Shown here: in pieces, positions 48,724 to 59,255 of the stretch | Position numbering within the stretch: position 1 is the stretch's first letter | Layout: each line of letters starts with the position of its first letter | Notes under the pieces: generated by a model | Databases searched by the model: none | Seen by the model: the letters and a program-made list of their open reading frames with translations, nothing else | What the model was told of the DNA's origin: nothing | Source of the DNA: an uncultured delta proteobacterium | GTDB lineage: Bacteria > Desulfobacterota > Binatia > UBA9968 | Assembly: GCA_963840855.1 (NCBI GenBank) | Contig: CAWJBB010000002.1 | Location: 88,837-152,836 of the forward strand | Direction: 5' to 3' | Length of the DNA stretch: 64,000 nt | Made by a program: the position numbers and the translations under genes

Positions 48724-49749
48724 TTAATTTCCCAATACTTTTTTCATCCTCTCAATGACCGCCGGCGGCTGGGCCATGACTTCCTTGGCGAGCTTCTCCA
48801 TCTCTTCGCCGCTCACCGGATCCAGTTCGTAGTTCCTTTTCTCGGCTTCTGCTTTCAGTTCCGGATCATTGAGCGCGCTCATGGCGGCGGCGCGCAGAAT
48901 CTTGAGCCGGTCGGCGGGAATGCCGGCGGGACCGACCATGGGACGGCCAAACACGCCCCCGGCAAGTATGACGGTAGCGACCCGTCGCGCCTGATCGGTT
49001 GTTTTGTATTGATCCATCAGCTCGTGAATCGTCGGCGTGTCAGGCAAACGCGCGTCGCGCTTGTGGCCGGACTGCGCGATGCTTCGCACGAAATTTTTCT
49101 TGCGCCAGGTGTGAAAGGGTTCCCGCGCAAAGAAAGATTCGATGGTCATGGCGCGGCAATGAATCTCACCTTTTTCTACGGCAAGATCAATAGGTCCGCC
49201 GCCTTGATAGCCTAGGACGATATTAAATTTGGCGCCGACGGTCTCTTCGAGCAGTTTGGGAAAATAAAAGCCCGTGCCGGTGGCGCCGCCGGAGCCGCAT
49301 TTGGGCGGCTCTGCAGCTTTGCGGACGTCTTCGATCGTTTTGTATGGAGTGTCCGCGCGCATGTAGAGTTGGTGCTCGCTCTGGGCCGGTGAGCTGATGA
49401 AGCCGTACTTGGCCCAATCGAACTGGACCTCTTTGCGTCCTACAAGCTGGTCAAAGTAGAGCGTCGGTGCGATCCAGCCCAGCGTGAGACCATCCGGCTT
49501 GGCGACGTTGTAGACATAGTTCGCTGCGATCATCGAACTCGCGCCGGGCATATTCTGGATAATGAAGGAGGGATTGCCGGGAACGTACTTCGTCATGTGC
49601 TGCGCGATAAGGCGCGGCCACAGATCGTTGACGTCGCCGGCGGGATAACCAGTGACAATTCTAATGGTTTTCCCCTGGTAGAAGGGAGCTTGCGCCGGGG
49701 CGGCCGTGGCGATGAGAAGAAAAGTGATAACCAGGAACGATTGCTTCAT
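48724..49749 (-). CDS. Bug/TctC substrate-binding protein
   Basis: FYQGKTI, VPGNP, QNMPGA, KPDGLT, LGYQGG. Confidence 0.9.
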   Translation of the reverse strand: MKQSFLVITFLLIATAAPAQAPFYQGKTIRIVTGYPAGDVNDLWPRLIAQHMTKYVPGNPSFIIQNMPGASSMIAANYVYNVAKPDGLTLGWIAPTLYFDQLVGRKEVQFDWAKYGFISSPAQSEHQLYMRADTPYKTIEDVRKAAEPPKCGSGGATGTGFYFPKLLEETVGAKFNIVLGYQGGGPIDLAVEKGEIHCRAMTIESFFAREPFHTWRKKNFVRSIAQSGHKRDARLPDTPTIHELMDQYKTTDQARRVATVILAGGVFGRPMVGPAGIPADRLKILRAAAMSALNDPELKAEAEKRNYELDPVSGEEMEKLAKEVMAQPPAVIERMKKVLGN

Positions 49750-49921
49750 GGCACTCTCCTAGAGCTGACGATTACAATCCTCGCCTCTCATAGTACGACG
49801 CGAGGGTCACGGTCAATCGGATTCCATCAGCATCAAGTCGCTTGACGATGGAATCCGACTTCGGCTAGCTTAACGGCGGCTCGATGGCCGGGAATCGCCT
49901 ACCATTATCGAGGAGGATATC

Positions 49922-50830
49922 ATGAAACGACGATTCGGTACGCTGAGTTTGGCCGCCATAGCGTTTTTTCTATCCGCGCCACCCGCGGGTGCCCAGGACC
50001 TTGGTCCCGGCTTTACCAAGGTCAAAGACGGAATTTACGTCTATGCTCCCGACGCGACCACGACAACTTGCAGCTTCGTGGTTACCCAGGAAGGCGTCGT
50101 GATGATCGATAGCTGCAGCAGTCCGTTGGCCTCCCGCAATATGTTGGCCACGATAAAAAAAGTTACCGACAAGCCGATCGTTTTCCTTATCGATACGGAG
50201 ACGCACAACGATCATACCGGCAATCATTTTGTGTTTTCGCCCCCAGCCACGATCATCAACCACGAGGGAGCTGGGGAGGCTATGAAAAAGGACTTCAATC
50301 CCAAGCGCGCTGAAACACTTGCGGCACAATCCCCACAGATGCGTGAGGCTATACAAGGTTACAAAATGATCACGCCGCATATCGAGTACAAGAACAAGAT
50401 GACGATCAATCTCGGCGAACGCACCTTCGAACTGATATATCTAAAAAACGTTCACAGCGAGGCGGACACGGCCATTTGGTTGCCCAAAGAGCGTGTGCTG
50501 TTCGCGGCATCGGCGGCCAATGTAAGACGGTTTCTCAATCTTCGGCCTTCGGTTGTGCTCTCCGACGTGCTTGCCAGCTACAAGTTGATGAAATCATTGG
50601 ACCCGGAAGTTGTAGTTACTGGCCACGGTCCGGCGACCACGACGAAGGTCTTCGACGAATATGAAGGGTTTTATACTTTGCTGCTCAAGCGGGTGGGTGA
50701 GATGGCGGCGCAGGGTAAATCCCTCGCCGAGATCAAAAAGGACCTAAAGATGCCTGAGTACGCCGATTGGCATGACCAGAACCGTCTTGAAGCCAACATC
50801 GACGCGGCGTGGAGGTCGGTGAAAAAGTAA
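49922..50830 (+). CDS. Secreted MBL-fold metallo-hydrolase (cyclase-like; ExHxDH variant)
   Basis: Signal peptide; GVVMID, TETHNDHTGN, VHSEAD, VTGHG. Confidence 0.85.
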   Translation: MKRRFGTLSLAAIAFFLSAPPAGAQDLGPGFTKVKDGIYVYAPDATTTTCSFVVTQEGVVMIDSCSSPLASRNMLATIKKVTDKPIVFLIDTETHNDHTGNHFVFSPPATIINHEGAGEAMKKDFNPKRAETLAAQSPQMREAIQGYKMITPHIEYKNKMTINLGERTFELIYLKNVHSEADTAIWLPKERVLFAASAANVRRFLNLRPSVVLSDVLASYKLMKSLDPEVVVTGHGPATTTKVFDEYEGFYTLLLKRVGEMAAQGKSLAEIKKDLKMPEYADWHDQNRLEANIDAAWRSVKK

Positions 50831-51001
50831 GCTCGAGAAGCCCATGCTCAGTGGATTAGCGACAATTTTGTTCGCGTTTGTCTTTGCGGCGATTGCAAAG
50901 CCAGCATGGTTATCTTGGCAGGGAATCCGAAACAGTAGAGCAGATTGTCCATTGGATGCTCAAAAAACCGTTCCAGCATGAAGTCAAGTAAGGAGGTCGC
51001 G

Positions 51002-51955
51002 ATGCCGGTTTTGCCACTCAAGTCCGTTGAACGCGTCGAGATTCTCAGCGTCATGGACAATTCCATCGACGTTCTCATGGGCGACACTCCGGTTGCCAAG
51101 CGTCATCAGCGCAAGCGCGACTCGCTTGCGCGGCCGCAGCTGCGCGCCGAGCATGGGGTTTCGATGCTGGTGACCACTTGCGATGGCGGCAACAAGGATT
51201 CTTTTCTTTTCGATACCGGCGTCACAGTCGATGGCGTGCTGCACAATATGGATGTGCTGGAAATCAAAGGTAACGAGCTCCACGCCGTAGTTTTGAGTCA
51301 CGGCCACACCGATCATACGCGGGGCCTGATGGGATTCATAAAGCGCTATGGTCGTCCCAGAGTGCCAATCGTGCTCCACCCCGACGCCTATCTCAAGCGC
51401 AAGAACGTTCAGCCCGACGGCCATGAATCCGAGCATTTTCCGCCGAGCAAGAAGGACCTCGAAGCCGAAGATGTGCAGATTATCGAGGAGCGCGGGCCGA
51501 CGATGCTCATCGCGGATCATGCGCTGGTGACCGGACAAATTCCGCGCACGACGCCTTACGAAAAGGGCAGCCCGAACCAGGTAGCGCTGATCGAAGGCAA
51601 GTGGCAACCCGATCCCTGGATTCACGACGATCAGGCCATCGTAATTAACGTCAAGGACAAAGGTTTGGTTGTTCTCACCGGCTGCGGCCATGCCGGCGTG
51701 ATCAATACGCTCAAATGCGCGCGTGAGCTGACGGGGGTGAGCCGGATTCACGCCGTGATCGGCGGCTTCCATCTCACCGGGCCGATCTTCGAGCCCATCG
51801 TCGCGCCGACGGTGCAGGCGTTGAAGGAATTCAATCCCGGCGTTATCGTGCCGCAGCACTGCACCGGTTGGAAGGCGACGCATTTGATCGCCCGGGAATT
51901 TCCGGAGGCGTTCACGCCGAACAGCGTCGGAACGACGATGATTATTGGCGCATAA
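51002..51955 (+). CDS. MBL-fold metallo-hydrolase (7,8-dihydropterin-6-methyl-RFAP synthase-like family)
   Basis: AEHGVS, LFDTG, LSHGHTDH, DDQA, TGCGHAG, GGFHL, PQHCTG. Confidence 0.88.
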   Translation: MPVLPLKSVERVEILSVMDNSIDVLMGDTPVAKRHQRKRDSLARPQLRAEHGVSMLVTTCDGGNKDSFLFDTGVTVDGVLHNMDVLEIKGNELHAVVLSHGHTDHTRGLMGFIKRYGRPRVPIVLHPDAYLKRKNVQPDGHESEHFPPSKKDLEAEDVQIIEERGPTMLIADHALVTGQIPRTTPYEKGSPNQVALIEGKWQPDPWIHDDQAIVINVKDKGLVVLTGCGHAGVINTLKCARELTGVSRIHAVIGGFHLTGPIFEPIVAPTVQALKEFNPGVIVPQHCTGWKATHLIAREFPEAFTPNSVGTTMIIGA

Positions 51956-52019
51956 TCATCGGTTCAAAGTTCAAGGTTCAACGTTCAAGGTTACGGACGT
52001 TCATGGCAGTGAGAGACAG

Positions 52020-53096
52020 ATGAAGATTGGCTTATTCACGGAGTTTTCGTATCCAGGGAAATCGGAGCAGCAAACTTACCGCGAAGTTTTGGAGCAGATC
52101 GCCGTAGCCGACGAGCTGGGCTACGATTTTTTCTCGATCACCGAGAGTTACGGCAAGGACCTGTTTTCCTGCTCGCCGTTTCCCCTGGGTCTCTATGTCG
52201 CCGCGGCGCAGCGGGCAAGACGAATTCACTTTCTCACCGGAATTATCAGCATGCCGCTGCATCATCCGGCGATTTTGGCGAGCGAAATTGCCGCGGCGGA
52301 TCTTCTCGCCAACGGCCGCATCATGGTTGGCATCGGCCGCGGCCATCCTTGGGTGCTCAATCGGATGAACGTCAATCCCGCCGAAAGCACGGCGCGCTTT
52401 GAAGAAGGCATTCGCATGCTGGTCGAGATTTTCAAAGGCGAGTATATCGAAGAACTCGATGGCAAGTTCTGGCAAATTCGTGATTTCAAGCTAAGCCCGC
52501 CGCCGATACAGAAGCCGCATCCGCCGATCTACACTGCTGCCGCGACGACACCTGATAGTGCCAGCTTTGCCGGCAAAGTCGGTCAAGGTTTAGTCCAGCC
52601 CGGTTATCTCGGTATTCCTCTCGAACTGGTTCGCGGTCTAACCGAGACTTATCGTAAGAATTTGCCTGTAGAGCGGAACAGTGATGTCGTGTTGGGTATT
52701 CACCTGCATGTCGCGCGCGATCGCGAGGAGGCTATCGCCAACGGCGCCCTGGCGCTGTCGAGCCAAGCCGACGTGTTCTTACGCGGCAGAATGAGCCGGC
52801 CAACCCTCAGCGGGCAAATTGAAGCCTACGCGACCAAGAGCGCGTCAAGAGAGGCGTTCGAAAAGTTATGCACGCCGGAGAAAGCGCGCGGTGCGGTCAC
52901 GGCAGAGTGGCCCAATGTAATGGCCGTCTGGGGCACGCCCGAGGAGTGCGTCGAGAAAATCAAATTCTACGTCGATGCCATGCGCCCGGAACAGCTCATG
53001 TTCAATATTGCTTCCGGTAGCCTGCCGCAGGAGAAGGCGCTGGCTTCCATGCGGCTGTTTGCGAAAGAAGCGATGCCGGAGCTGCGGAGGTTGTGA
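52020..53096 (+). CDS. LLM class flavin-dependent oxidoreductase
   Basis: MKIGLF, ADELGYD, GRIMVGIGRG, PIQKPHPPI, GTPEEC, SMRLFAKEAMP. Confidence 0.9.
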   Translation: MKIGLFTEFSYPGKSEQQTYREVLEQIAVADELGYDFFSITESYGKDLFSCSPFPLGLYVAAAQRARRIHFLTGIISMPLHHPAILASEIAAADLLANGRIMVGIGRGHPWVLNRMNVNPAESTARFEEGIRMLVEIFKGEYIEELDGKFWQIRDFKLSPPPIQKPHPPIYTAAATTPDSASFAGKVGQGLVQPGYLGIPLELVRGLTETYRKNLPVERNSDVVLGIHLHVARDREEAIANGALALSSQADVFLRGRMSRPTLSGQIEAYATKSASREAFEKLCTPEKARGAVTAEWPNVMAVWGTPEECVEKIKFYVDAMRPEQLMFNIASGSLPQEKALASMRLFAKEAMPELRRL

Positions 53097-53111
53097 AATA
53101 AGAGGGGCCGC

Positions 53112-54098
53112 ATGATTTTTCATCTCGGATTCTTCATCGCTTTTTGGGTTTCTTTATTGCTCACTGTCTCGGTTGCAGCCCAGGACAGGCCGAAGCTTTT
53201 TCTCGGCGCGTCGAGCAAAACCCTAGGCTACAGCCCGCTTTGGGTCGGCACGAAGAAGGGATTCTTCGAGCAGCAGGGCCTCGACGTTCAGCTTGTTCTG
53301 CTGCGCGGCATGCCGATGACCGTCCAGGCGCTGTCCGCCGGATCTCTGCATATCGGCTCCGGCGGCGCTGAACCTTATATCGATGCGTCGGAGCGGGGCC
53401 TGGATTTCATTCTCACCGGCGGCGTCATTAACGGCACGGCGCAATTCATCATTGCGGCGAAGCACATCAAGGGCTACGAAGATTTGCGCGGGGCAACCTT
53501 CGGTACCGCGTCGTTGACCGGCGGAACGATTACGGTGCTGCGCGAGGCGCTGAAGTTAAAAGGGCTGGAATACCCCCGCGATTATAAACTCCTTATAATC
53601 GCGGGTGGCTCGGCAACCAACCTGGCGGCGTTGCAATCGGGCCAGATAGGCGCGACGACCGTGGCTGTGCCGCTTAATTTAGCCGCCGAGGAAGCCGGGT
53701 TCAATATCATCGGCAAGCTTTCTGACGGCGTGCCCTATTTTCAAACCAACGTCATCGCGATGCGCCGAAGCTGGGCGGAAAAGAACCGCCCGATTGCGGT
53801 GCGTTTCATGCGCGCGATGGTGCAGTCACTGCGCTGGCTGCATGAAAACCGAGAAGCCGCCGTCGACTTTTTGGCCAAAGAGATGCAGCTCAAGCCGACC
53901 CATGCCCGCGCAGGTTGGGAGTTCTATACGCAAAATCGCTTTTGGCCTCCCGACGGCGAAGTCACAATGGAAGGACTCAAATACAATATTCGCATTTACG
54001 CCGAGCAGACCGGCGCCAAAGGCCCGCTGCCGGAGCCGGCAAAATACGTCGATCAGAGCTACTTGAGCGAGGCAGTGACAGGACTCGGCAAACGCTGA
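53112..54098 (+). CDS. ABC substrate-binding protein, SsuA/NMT1/THI5-like
   Basis: KKGFFEQQGLDV, EDLRG, AALQSGQI, YVDQSYL. Confidence 0.87.
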   Translation: MIFHLGFFIAFWVSLLLTVSVAAQDRPKLFLGASSKTLGYSPLWVGTKKGFFEQQGLDVQLVLLRGMPMTVQALSAGSLHIGSGGAEPYIDASERGLDFILTGGVINGTAQFIIAAKHIKGYEDLRGATFGTASLTGGTITVLREALKLKGLEYPRDYKLLIIAGGSATNLAALQSGQIGATTVAVPLNLAAEEAGFNIIGKLSDGVPYFQTNVIAMRRSWAEKNRPIAVRFMRAMVQSLRWLHENREAAVDFLAKEMQLKPTHARAGWEFYTQNRFWPPDGEVTMEGLKYNIRIYAEQTGAKGPLPEPAKYVDQSYLSEAVTGLGKR

Positions 54099-54229
54099 CG
54101 GATGGCCGCCACAGGGGAGTGGCTTTGGGGGTTGACTCGCTCGCTCCTTGTGGCGTAACTGTGGCGTTGAAGGCTAATTTCGATCCGCCCACAGAAGATC
54201 AGCGGGTCGTTTATTAATGGAGGAAGCGC

Positions 54230-55210
54230 ATGGAATATGTCCAATTCGGTACGACGGAATTTAAAGTTTCACGCCTTGGCCTCGGCTGTATGAGCATGTC
54301 CGGCGCCTACGGCCCCGCCGATGACAACGAGTCGATTGCGACATTGCACCGCGCTTTCGATCTCGGCATCAACTTCATCGACACGTCGGCGAGTTACGGC
54401 AGCGGGCATAATCATGAGCTGATCGCCAAGGCTCTCAAGGGTCGGCGCGAGCGGATCGTAATTCATTCCAAGTCGGGTAGCCCGCGGGCGCCGGATGCGA
54501 GCGGCATCCGTAGCGGCAGCACGCCGGAGTACCTGACGCAGAATTGCGAGCAGAGCGTCAAGCGGCTCGGCATCGATTGTCTCGATGTTTTTTGCATGTC
54601 ACGCGTCGATCCGAATATTCCCGTCGAAGAGTCAGTCGGCGCCATGGCGCGATTGGTCGAACGGGGTCTCACCCGTTACGTCGGTTTGTCCGAGGCGAGC
54701 GCCAATTCCATTCGCCGCGCGCGCAAATTGCATCCCATCGTGTCATTGCAGATGGAGTACTCGCTCTGGTCGCGGGACCCGGAGGGCGGCAATATTCAAG
54801 CTTGCCGCGAGTTCGCCATGGGATTCATGGCCTATTCGCCGCTGGGACGAGGTTTTTTTGCCGGCGCGGTGCACAATTCCAAGGACATGAGCGATGGCGA
54901 TGGCCGAATCAATCACCCGCGCTTCCAAGCGGAAAATCTCGATCGCAATCTGGAATTGCTTTCGAGGTTCGAAGCTATGGCCAAGGAGAAGAACGTCACT
55001 CCGGCCCAGCTTGCGTTGGCCTGGCTTATGGCGCAGGGCCCGGATATCATTCCAATTCCCAGCAACAAGTCGCGCCGCCACCTCGAGGAAAATATCAAAG
55101 CGGCGGATATCAAACTGAGCCGAGACGAGATCGACCGGTTGAATACATTATTTGCGCCTGGTGCCGCCGCCGGTCCGCGCACGAGGGATTTGCATAGAGT
55201 GAATGTATAA
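54230..55210 (+). CDS. Aldo/keto reductase
   Basis: LGLGCMSMS, FIDTSASYG, HSK, VGLSE, QMEYSLW, AYSPLGRG, AQLALAW. Confidence 0.93.
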   Translation: MEYVQFGTTEFKVSRLGLGCMSMSGAYGPADDNESIATLHRAFDLGINFIDTSASYGSGHNHELIAKALKGRRERIVIHSKSGSPRAPDASGIRSGSTPEYLTQNCEQSVKRLGIDCLDVFCMSRVDPNIPVEESVGAMARLVERGLTRYVGLSEASANSIRRARKLHPIVSLQMEYSLWSRDPEGGNIQACREFAMGFMAYSPLGRGFFAGAVHNSKDMSDGDGRINHPRFQAENLDRNLELLSRFEAMAKEKNVTPAQLALAWLMAQGPDIIPIPSNKSRRHLEENIKAADIKLSRDEIDRLNTLFAPGAAAGPRTRDLHRVNV

Positions 55211-55264
55211 CTCGTTCAAAACGTTCAAGCCGTTCAAATTGTTCAAAGCGTTTCAGGAGGGACT

Positions 55265-56263
55265 ATGAAGGATGTAACAATAGTCGTCGGGACCATCGGG
55301 CAGAGTATCATGCGCAGCGAGGACAATGGCCAAACCTGGGCGCGCATCGGACCGCGCCGCGGATTCGCTTACGAAGCCTCGGTGCGATGTATCGCTATGC
55401 AGCCGCGGCAACCGAACATTCTCTTTGCCGGCACCGAAAGAGGGCTCTATCGCAGCGAAGATCGCGGAGCAAACTGGCAGTACATCGACTCGGCGCTCAA
55501 TCCCCACTATATCTGGGCGATTGGGATCGATCCGGTGAATCCAGACAACATGTTTGTCGGAACCGGCACGCCGACGCCGGCGATGCTCTTTCGTTCAAAG
55601 GACGGCGGCCGGACTTGGGAGAAGCGGCCGATGGAAGTCGCGGCGGAGTGCGAGGCGGTCGGTACGCCGAGATTCACCGGCATTGCGGTCGATCCGGTGG
55701 AGCCGAAGCACATTTGGGTGGGGCTCGAAGTTGACGGCGCGCGCCATAGCAGCGACGGCGGGGAAACCTGGGAGCTGGTGGAAGTGACCGGTCATAAGGA
55801 CATCCACAATATGGCTGTAACTGCGGGGCCGCCGAAAACCGTCTTTATCATGGCCAACCGTGAAATCTACGCAAGCATCGATAACGGCGCAACTTGGGAA
55901 ACTCGCGGCATGCAGACAAATCTTCCCTGGGAGTACCCGAGAAAAGAGACCTACCTGCGCGCCATCGCCGTTGATTCTGCAGATCCGAAAGGCATCTTCT
56001 TGGGATTCGGCGACTTTACGCCCGGATCATCGGGCGCCATCGCTCGCTCCAGGGACCTTGGCAAAAGCTGGAAGTTGTTGCCCTTGCCGGTGCAGCCCAA
56101 TTCAACGGTCTGGACGTTCGGTACGAATCGAGCGGATCCGAACATTCTGTTTGCGGCGAGCCGCTACGGTTATCTTTACCGCAGCGACGATGGCGGGGCT
56201 TCGTGGGAGAAGCTACGGCGCGAGCTAAGCGAGATCGCCGCGGTGTGCTGGCTGCCGAATTAG
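55265..56263 (+). CDS. BNR/Asp-box beta-propeller protein (YCF48/VPS10-like)
   Basis: Repeated SxDxGxTW boxes: SEDNGQTW, SEDRGANW, SKDGGRTW, SSDGGETW, SIDNGATW, SRDLGKSW, SDDGGASW. Confidence 0.9.
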   Translation: MKDVTIVVGTIGQSIMRSEDNGQTWARIGPRRGFAYEASVRCIAMQPRQPNILFAGTERGLYRSEDRGANWQYIDSALNPHYIWAIGIDPVNPDNMFVGTGTPTPAMLFRSKDGGRTWEKRPMEVAAECEAVGTPRFTGIAVDPVEPKHIWVGLEVDGARHSSDGGETWELVEVTGHKDIHNMAVTAGPPKTVFIMANREIYASIDNGATWETRGMQTNLPWEYPRKETYLRAIAVDSADPKGIFLGFGDFTPGSSGAIARSRDLGKSWKLLPLPVQPNSTVWTFGTNRADPNILFAASRYGYLYRSDDGGASWEKLRRELSEIAAVCWLPN

Positions 56264-56290
56264 CTATCGCGGTCCGGAGGGATACGAATC

Positions 56291-57124
56291 ATGCCAAACG
56301 TAAAACTGCCCACCGGAGTCGATCTCTATTACGAAACCCACGGCCAAGGCGAGCCGCTCATCTTCGTGCCTTCTACGGCATACTCCGGTGAAGTTTGGAA
56401 ACCCTCGCAGATGCCGCTCGCGGGTTCGTTGAACATCATCTTTCACGACCCGCGGGGCTGCGGCCGATCGGTGGCCGAGCAAAGCGTCTACACCATCGAG
56501 CAGATGGCGCTGGATATCGTTGCGCTGATGGATCATTTGAAACTTCCATCAGCGCATTTCATCGGCCACTCGATGGGCGGGAGAATCGCCCTATCGCTGG
56601 CGGAAAACTTTCCTGGCCGAGTCAGGAGCTTGATCATGGCGGCCAGCGGCTCCGGGCCGGCAGCCCGGCCGGGTTCGGACTGCGTTACCGGATTGCCGCA
56701 CCGATTGGTGCTGGACATGGTAGAGATGGGCTTCGAGAAATACATCCATCACGAGACCGTGGAGTCCGACACGTTTTTTACCAAAGACTACCGCGCCACG
56801 CATCGCGCCGAAGTCGAGGCATTCTACAAGCTTGCCTGGGCGACCCACGCTAAATTACCGGAATTCATTCACCTCTGCATCGCACGCCACAACTGGGAAG
56901 GCACGCATCGCCTGGGCGACGTGAAAGCGCCGACGTTGGTTTTGATCGGCGAAGCCGACACCGTCGGCAGCAATCACATGGCGCAAGCGCAAGTGCTTAA
57001 GGAGCGCATCCGCGGCGCCGAGATGAAAGTGCTTAAGGGGCAGTCGCACGGATTTTTTTGGCAGGCGCCGGAAGAGACCAATTCAGTGATTCTCGATTGG
57101 GTGAAGAAGCATAGCGGAAAATAG
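56291..57124 (+). CDS. Alpha/beta fold hydrolase
   Basis: DPRGCGRS, GHSMGG, GEAD, SHGFF. Confidence 0.9.
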   Translation: MPNVKLPTGVDLYYETHGQGEPLIFVPSTAYSGEVWKPSQMPLAGSLNIIFHDPRGCGRSVAEQSVYTIEQMALDIVALMDHLKLPSAHFIGHSMGGRIALSLAENFPGRVRSLIMAASGSGPAARPGSDCVTGLPHRLVLDMVEMGFEKYIHHETVESDTFFTKDYRATHRAEVEAFYKLAWATHAKLPEFIHLCIARHNWEGTHRLGDVKAPTLVLIGEADTVGSNHMAQAQVLKERIRGAEMKVLKGQSHGFFWQAPEETNSVILDWVKKHSGK

Positions 57125-57223
57125 AAGAAAGATATTTCACCACAAAAACCACAAATAAGAGGACAGCCGTGCCGTCCCTTTTGTCTTTCGGACGATTTAG
57201 CGGTTCGAGTATCACCGCCATAC

Positions 57224-58207
57224 TTACTTGCTCCGGCCGAAGAGCTTATCGACGAATCCGGCTTTTTTCATTTCGTTGACGAATCGGAGCTCGACGAAAT
57301 CTTCAGGTTTCGCTTTCGTTGCGCGTGGATCCGTGAGCGCCTGGATTTCAAGGGTTTGCCTTAGTCCTTCCAGCGTCGGGTAGGTGTCTTCTACCAAAAA
57401 CTCGACATTGGCCGCGTAGGCGGCGTCGAGCACGGCGCGGTTTACACCGCGAGTGTATTTTTGCGCGATCTTGATGGATTCTTCCTTGTGGGTTTTGTAA
57501 TACCATCCCGCCTCGGCCAGCGACCAGACGAGCCGGCGCGCTTCATCGGGATTTTCCCTGATCCGCTTGCGCGTCGCCACGCTGCAATTGAACTGAAACG
57601 GCACCCTGAGCTTGGCCATGTCGATGATCACCTTGAGGCCTGATCTCTCGGCTTGATTCTTTTCGCCTTCGCTCACAATGGTGAAATCCGTATGGCCGTT
57701 CATCGTCGCCGACAGCCGCGCCGGGGCGCCGCCGATGGTCACCGCTTTGATGTCTTTGTAGGCTATTCCTGCTTTCGACAGCGCGAGCCTGATGGCGAAA
57801 TCGGCCGCCGTGCCTGGAATATGCACGGCCGCTGTTCTTCCTTTCAAGTCTTCCGGCGATTTGATGTTCGAGTTGCCGACGATGAAATAGGGCAGGGTGT
57901 TTACCTGACTCTGAATGATGGCGATATCCGCGCCGGCCAATTTTGCGTTGATCACCGCCGTCCCCACCGCGCCGCTGTAGCCCAGATCGCCCGCGACCAG
58001 ACTCTGGATCCCGCGCACGCTGCCGTCGATAAAGATCGTGTCGAGATCAAGGCCATGTTTTCTAAAGATACCCGCTTCTTTCGCGACCCAGTAGACGACC
58101 GACGAACTCGTGGAGTCGGAGATGTAGGCGATGTAGCTTTTTGCGTGAACGCTAGTAGCAGAGAACAGCATCAGCGCCGCAACGGCAACGGTTGAGATCA
58201 AATTCAT
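57224..58207 (-). CDS. ABC substrate-binding protein, SsuA/NMT1-like
   Basis: Signal peptide; AKEAGIFRKHGLD, EDLKG. Confidence 0.87.
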   Translation of the reverse strand: MNLISTVAVAALMLFSATSVHAKSYIAYISDSTSSSVVYWVAKEAGIFRKHGLDLDTIFIDGSVRGIQSLVAGDLGYSGAVGTAVINAKLAGADIAIIQSQVNTLPYFIVGNSNIKSPEDLKGRTAAVHIPGTAADFAIRLALSKAGIAYKDIKAVTIGGAPARLSATMNGHTDFTIVSEGEKNQAERSGLKVIIDMAKLRVPFQFNCSVATRKRIRENPDEARRLVWSLAEAGWYYKTHKEESIKIAQKYTRGVNRAVLDAAYAANVEFLVEDTYPTLEGLRQTLEIQALTDPRATKAKPEDFVELRFVNEMKKAGFVDKLFGRSK

Positions 58208-58372
58208 TTGGGCTCCTTTGGTTCACTAATTCAGACTGCAACGCTGACCGTTTACCGCGTCCTTGGATACGTGGCAAGGGCCGGCTCTATTTGCACGAAA
58301 GGCGCGACTTCTGTTGACATCTGTCAGGGTGCTTTGATAGCGAAAATTCATACTGCATGGAGGATTCCAACA

Positions 58373-59137
58373 ATGGGCTTATTGGACGGTAAGGTGGTGA
58401 TCGTTACCGGCGGCGGGCATGGCATCGGCAGGGCCTATTGTTTAGGAATCGCGCGCGAAGGCGGCGCGGCGGTCGTGGCCGACATCGACGAGAAAGCAGC
58501 GCAAGGAGTCGCAAAAGCTATTCAAGACAGCGGCGGCAAAGCCCTGGCCACACGAGTCGACGTCGCGAACTTTGAAAGCTGCCAAGCGATGGCGCAGCAA
58601 ACCCTGGACGCTTACGGTAAGATCGATGACTTGATCAATAATGCCGCCATTTTTATGAGCGTGCCCGCGGAGCGCGGCAGCTTGCAAACCATCACCGAGG
58701 CGGAATGGGACAAGATTATGGCGGTAAACGTCAAAGGACTCTGGTTGTGCGCCAAGGCGGTGGTGCCCGCGATGCAACATCGCAAAGAGGGAAGCATTGT
58801 CAATATTTCTTCCAACATGGCGTTTAACGGCGGCTTGGGCATGATGCACTATGTCGTTTCCAAAGCGGCGGTGATAGGGTTCAGCCGCGTGCTTGCGCGG
58901 GAGATCGGCGGCGATAATATTCGGGTAAACACTTTGGCGCCGGGTGCGACTATGAGTGAAGAGAAACCCACCGACGAAGCGCTTGTGAATTACGAGCGGA
59001 CTGCGTCTACGAGAATTCTCAAACGGATCGAGCAGCCGGAAGATTTGGTTGGCACGGCGCTATATCTATTGTCGGACTTGAGCAAGTTCGTCACCGGACA
59101 GGTGATTCTGGTGAACGGCGGGGCGGTGCTGCATTAA
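58373..59137 (+). CDS. Short-chain dehydrogenase/reductase (FabG-like)
   Basis: TGGGHGIG, NNAA, NISS, YVVSK, VNTLAPG, VTGQ. Confidence 0.95.
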   Translation: MGLLDGKVVIVTGGGHGIGRAYCLGIAREGGAAVVADIDEKAAQGVAKAIQDSGGKALATRVDVANFESCQAMAQQTLDAYGKIDDLINNAAIFMSVPAERGSLQTITEAEWDKIMAVNVKGLWLCAKAVVPAMQHRKEGSIVNISSNMAFNGGLGMMHYVVSKAAVIGFSRVLAREIGGDNIRVNTLAPGATMSEEKPTDEALVNYERTASTRILKRIEQPEDLVGTALYLLSDLSKFVTGQVILVNGGAVLH

Positions 59138-59255
59138 GTAGGCAGTAGGCGCGAGGCAACAGGCAATAGTAAAAAAAATGGAATTCAGAACTCAGGATTA
59201 AGAAATTAACAATTCAAAAGCCAAAAACTAAAATTCCTAGACGGAGGCCATTGCC

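Noticed and set aside
49922-50830. Secreted MBL as a metallo-beta-lactamase resistance gene
   Set aside because: The zinc motif is ExHxDH and other ligands differ; the fold alone does not support resistance.
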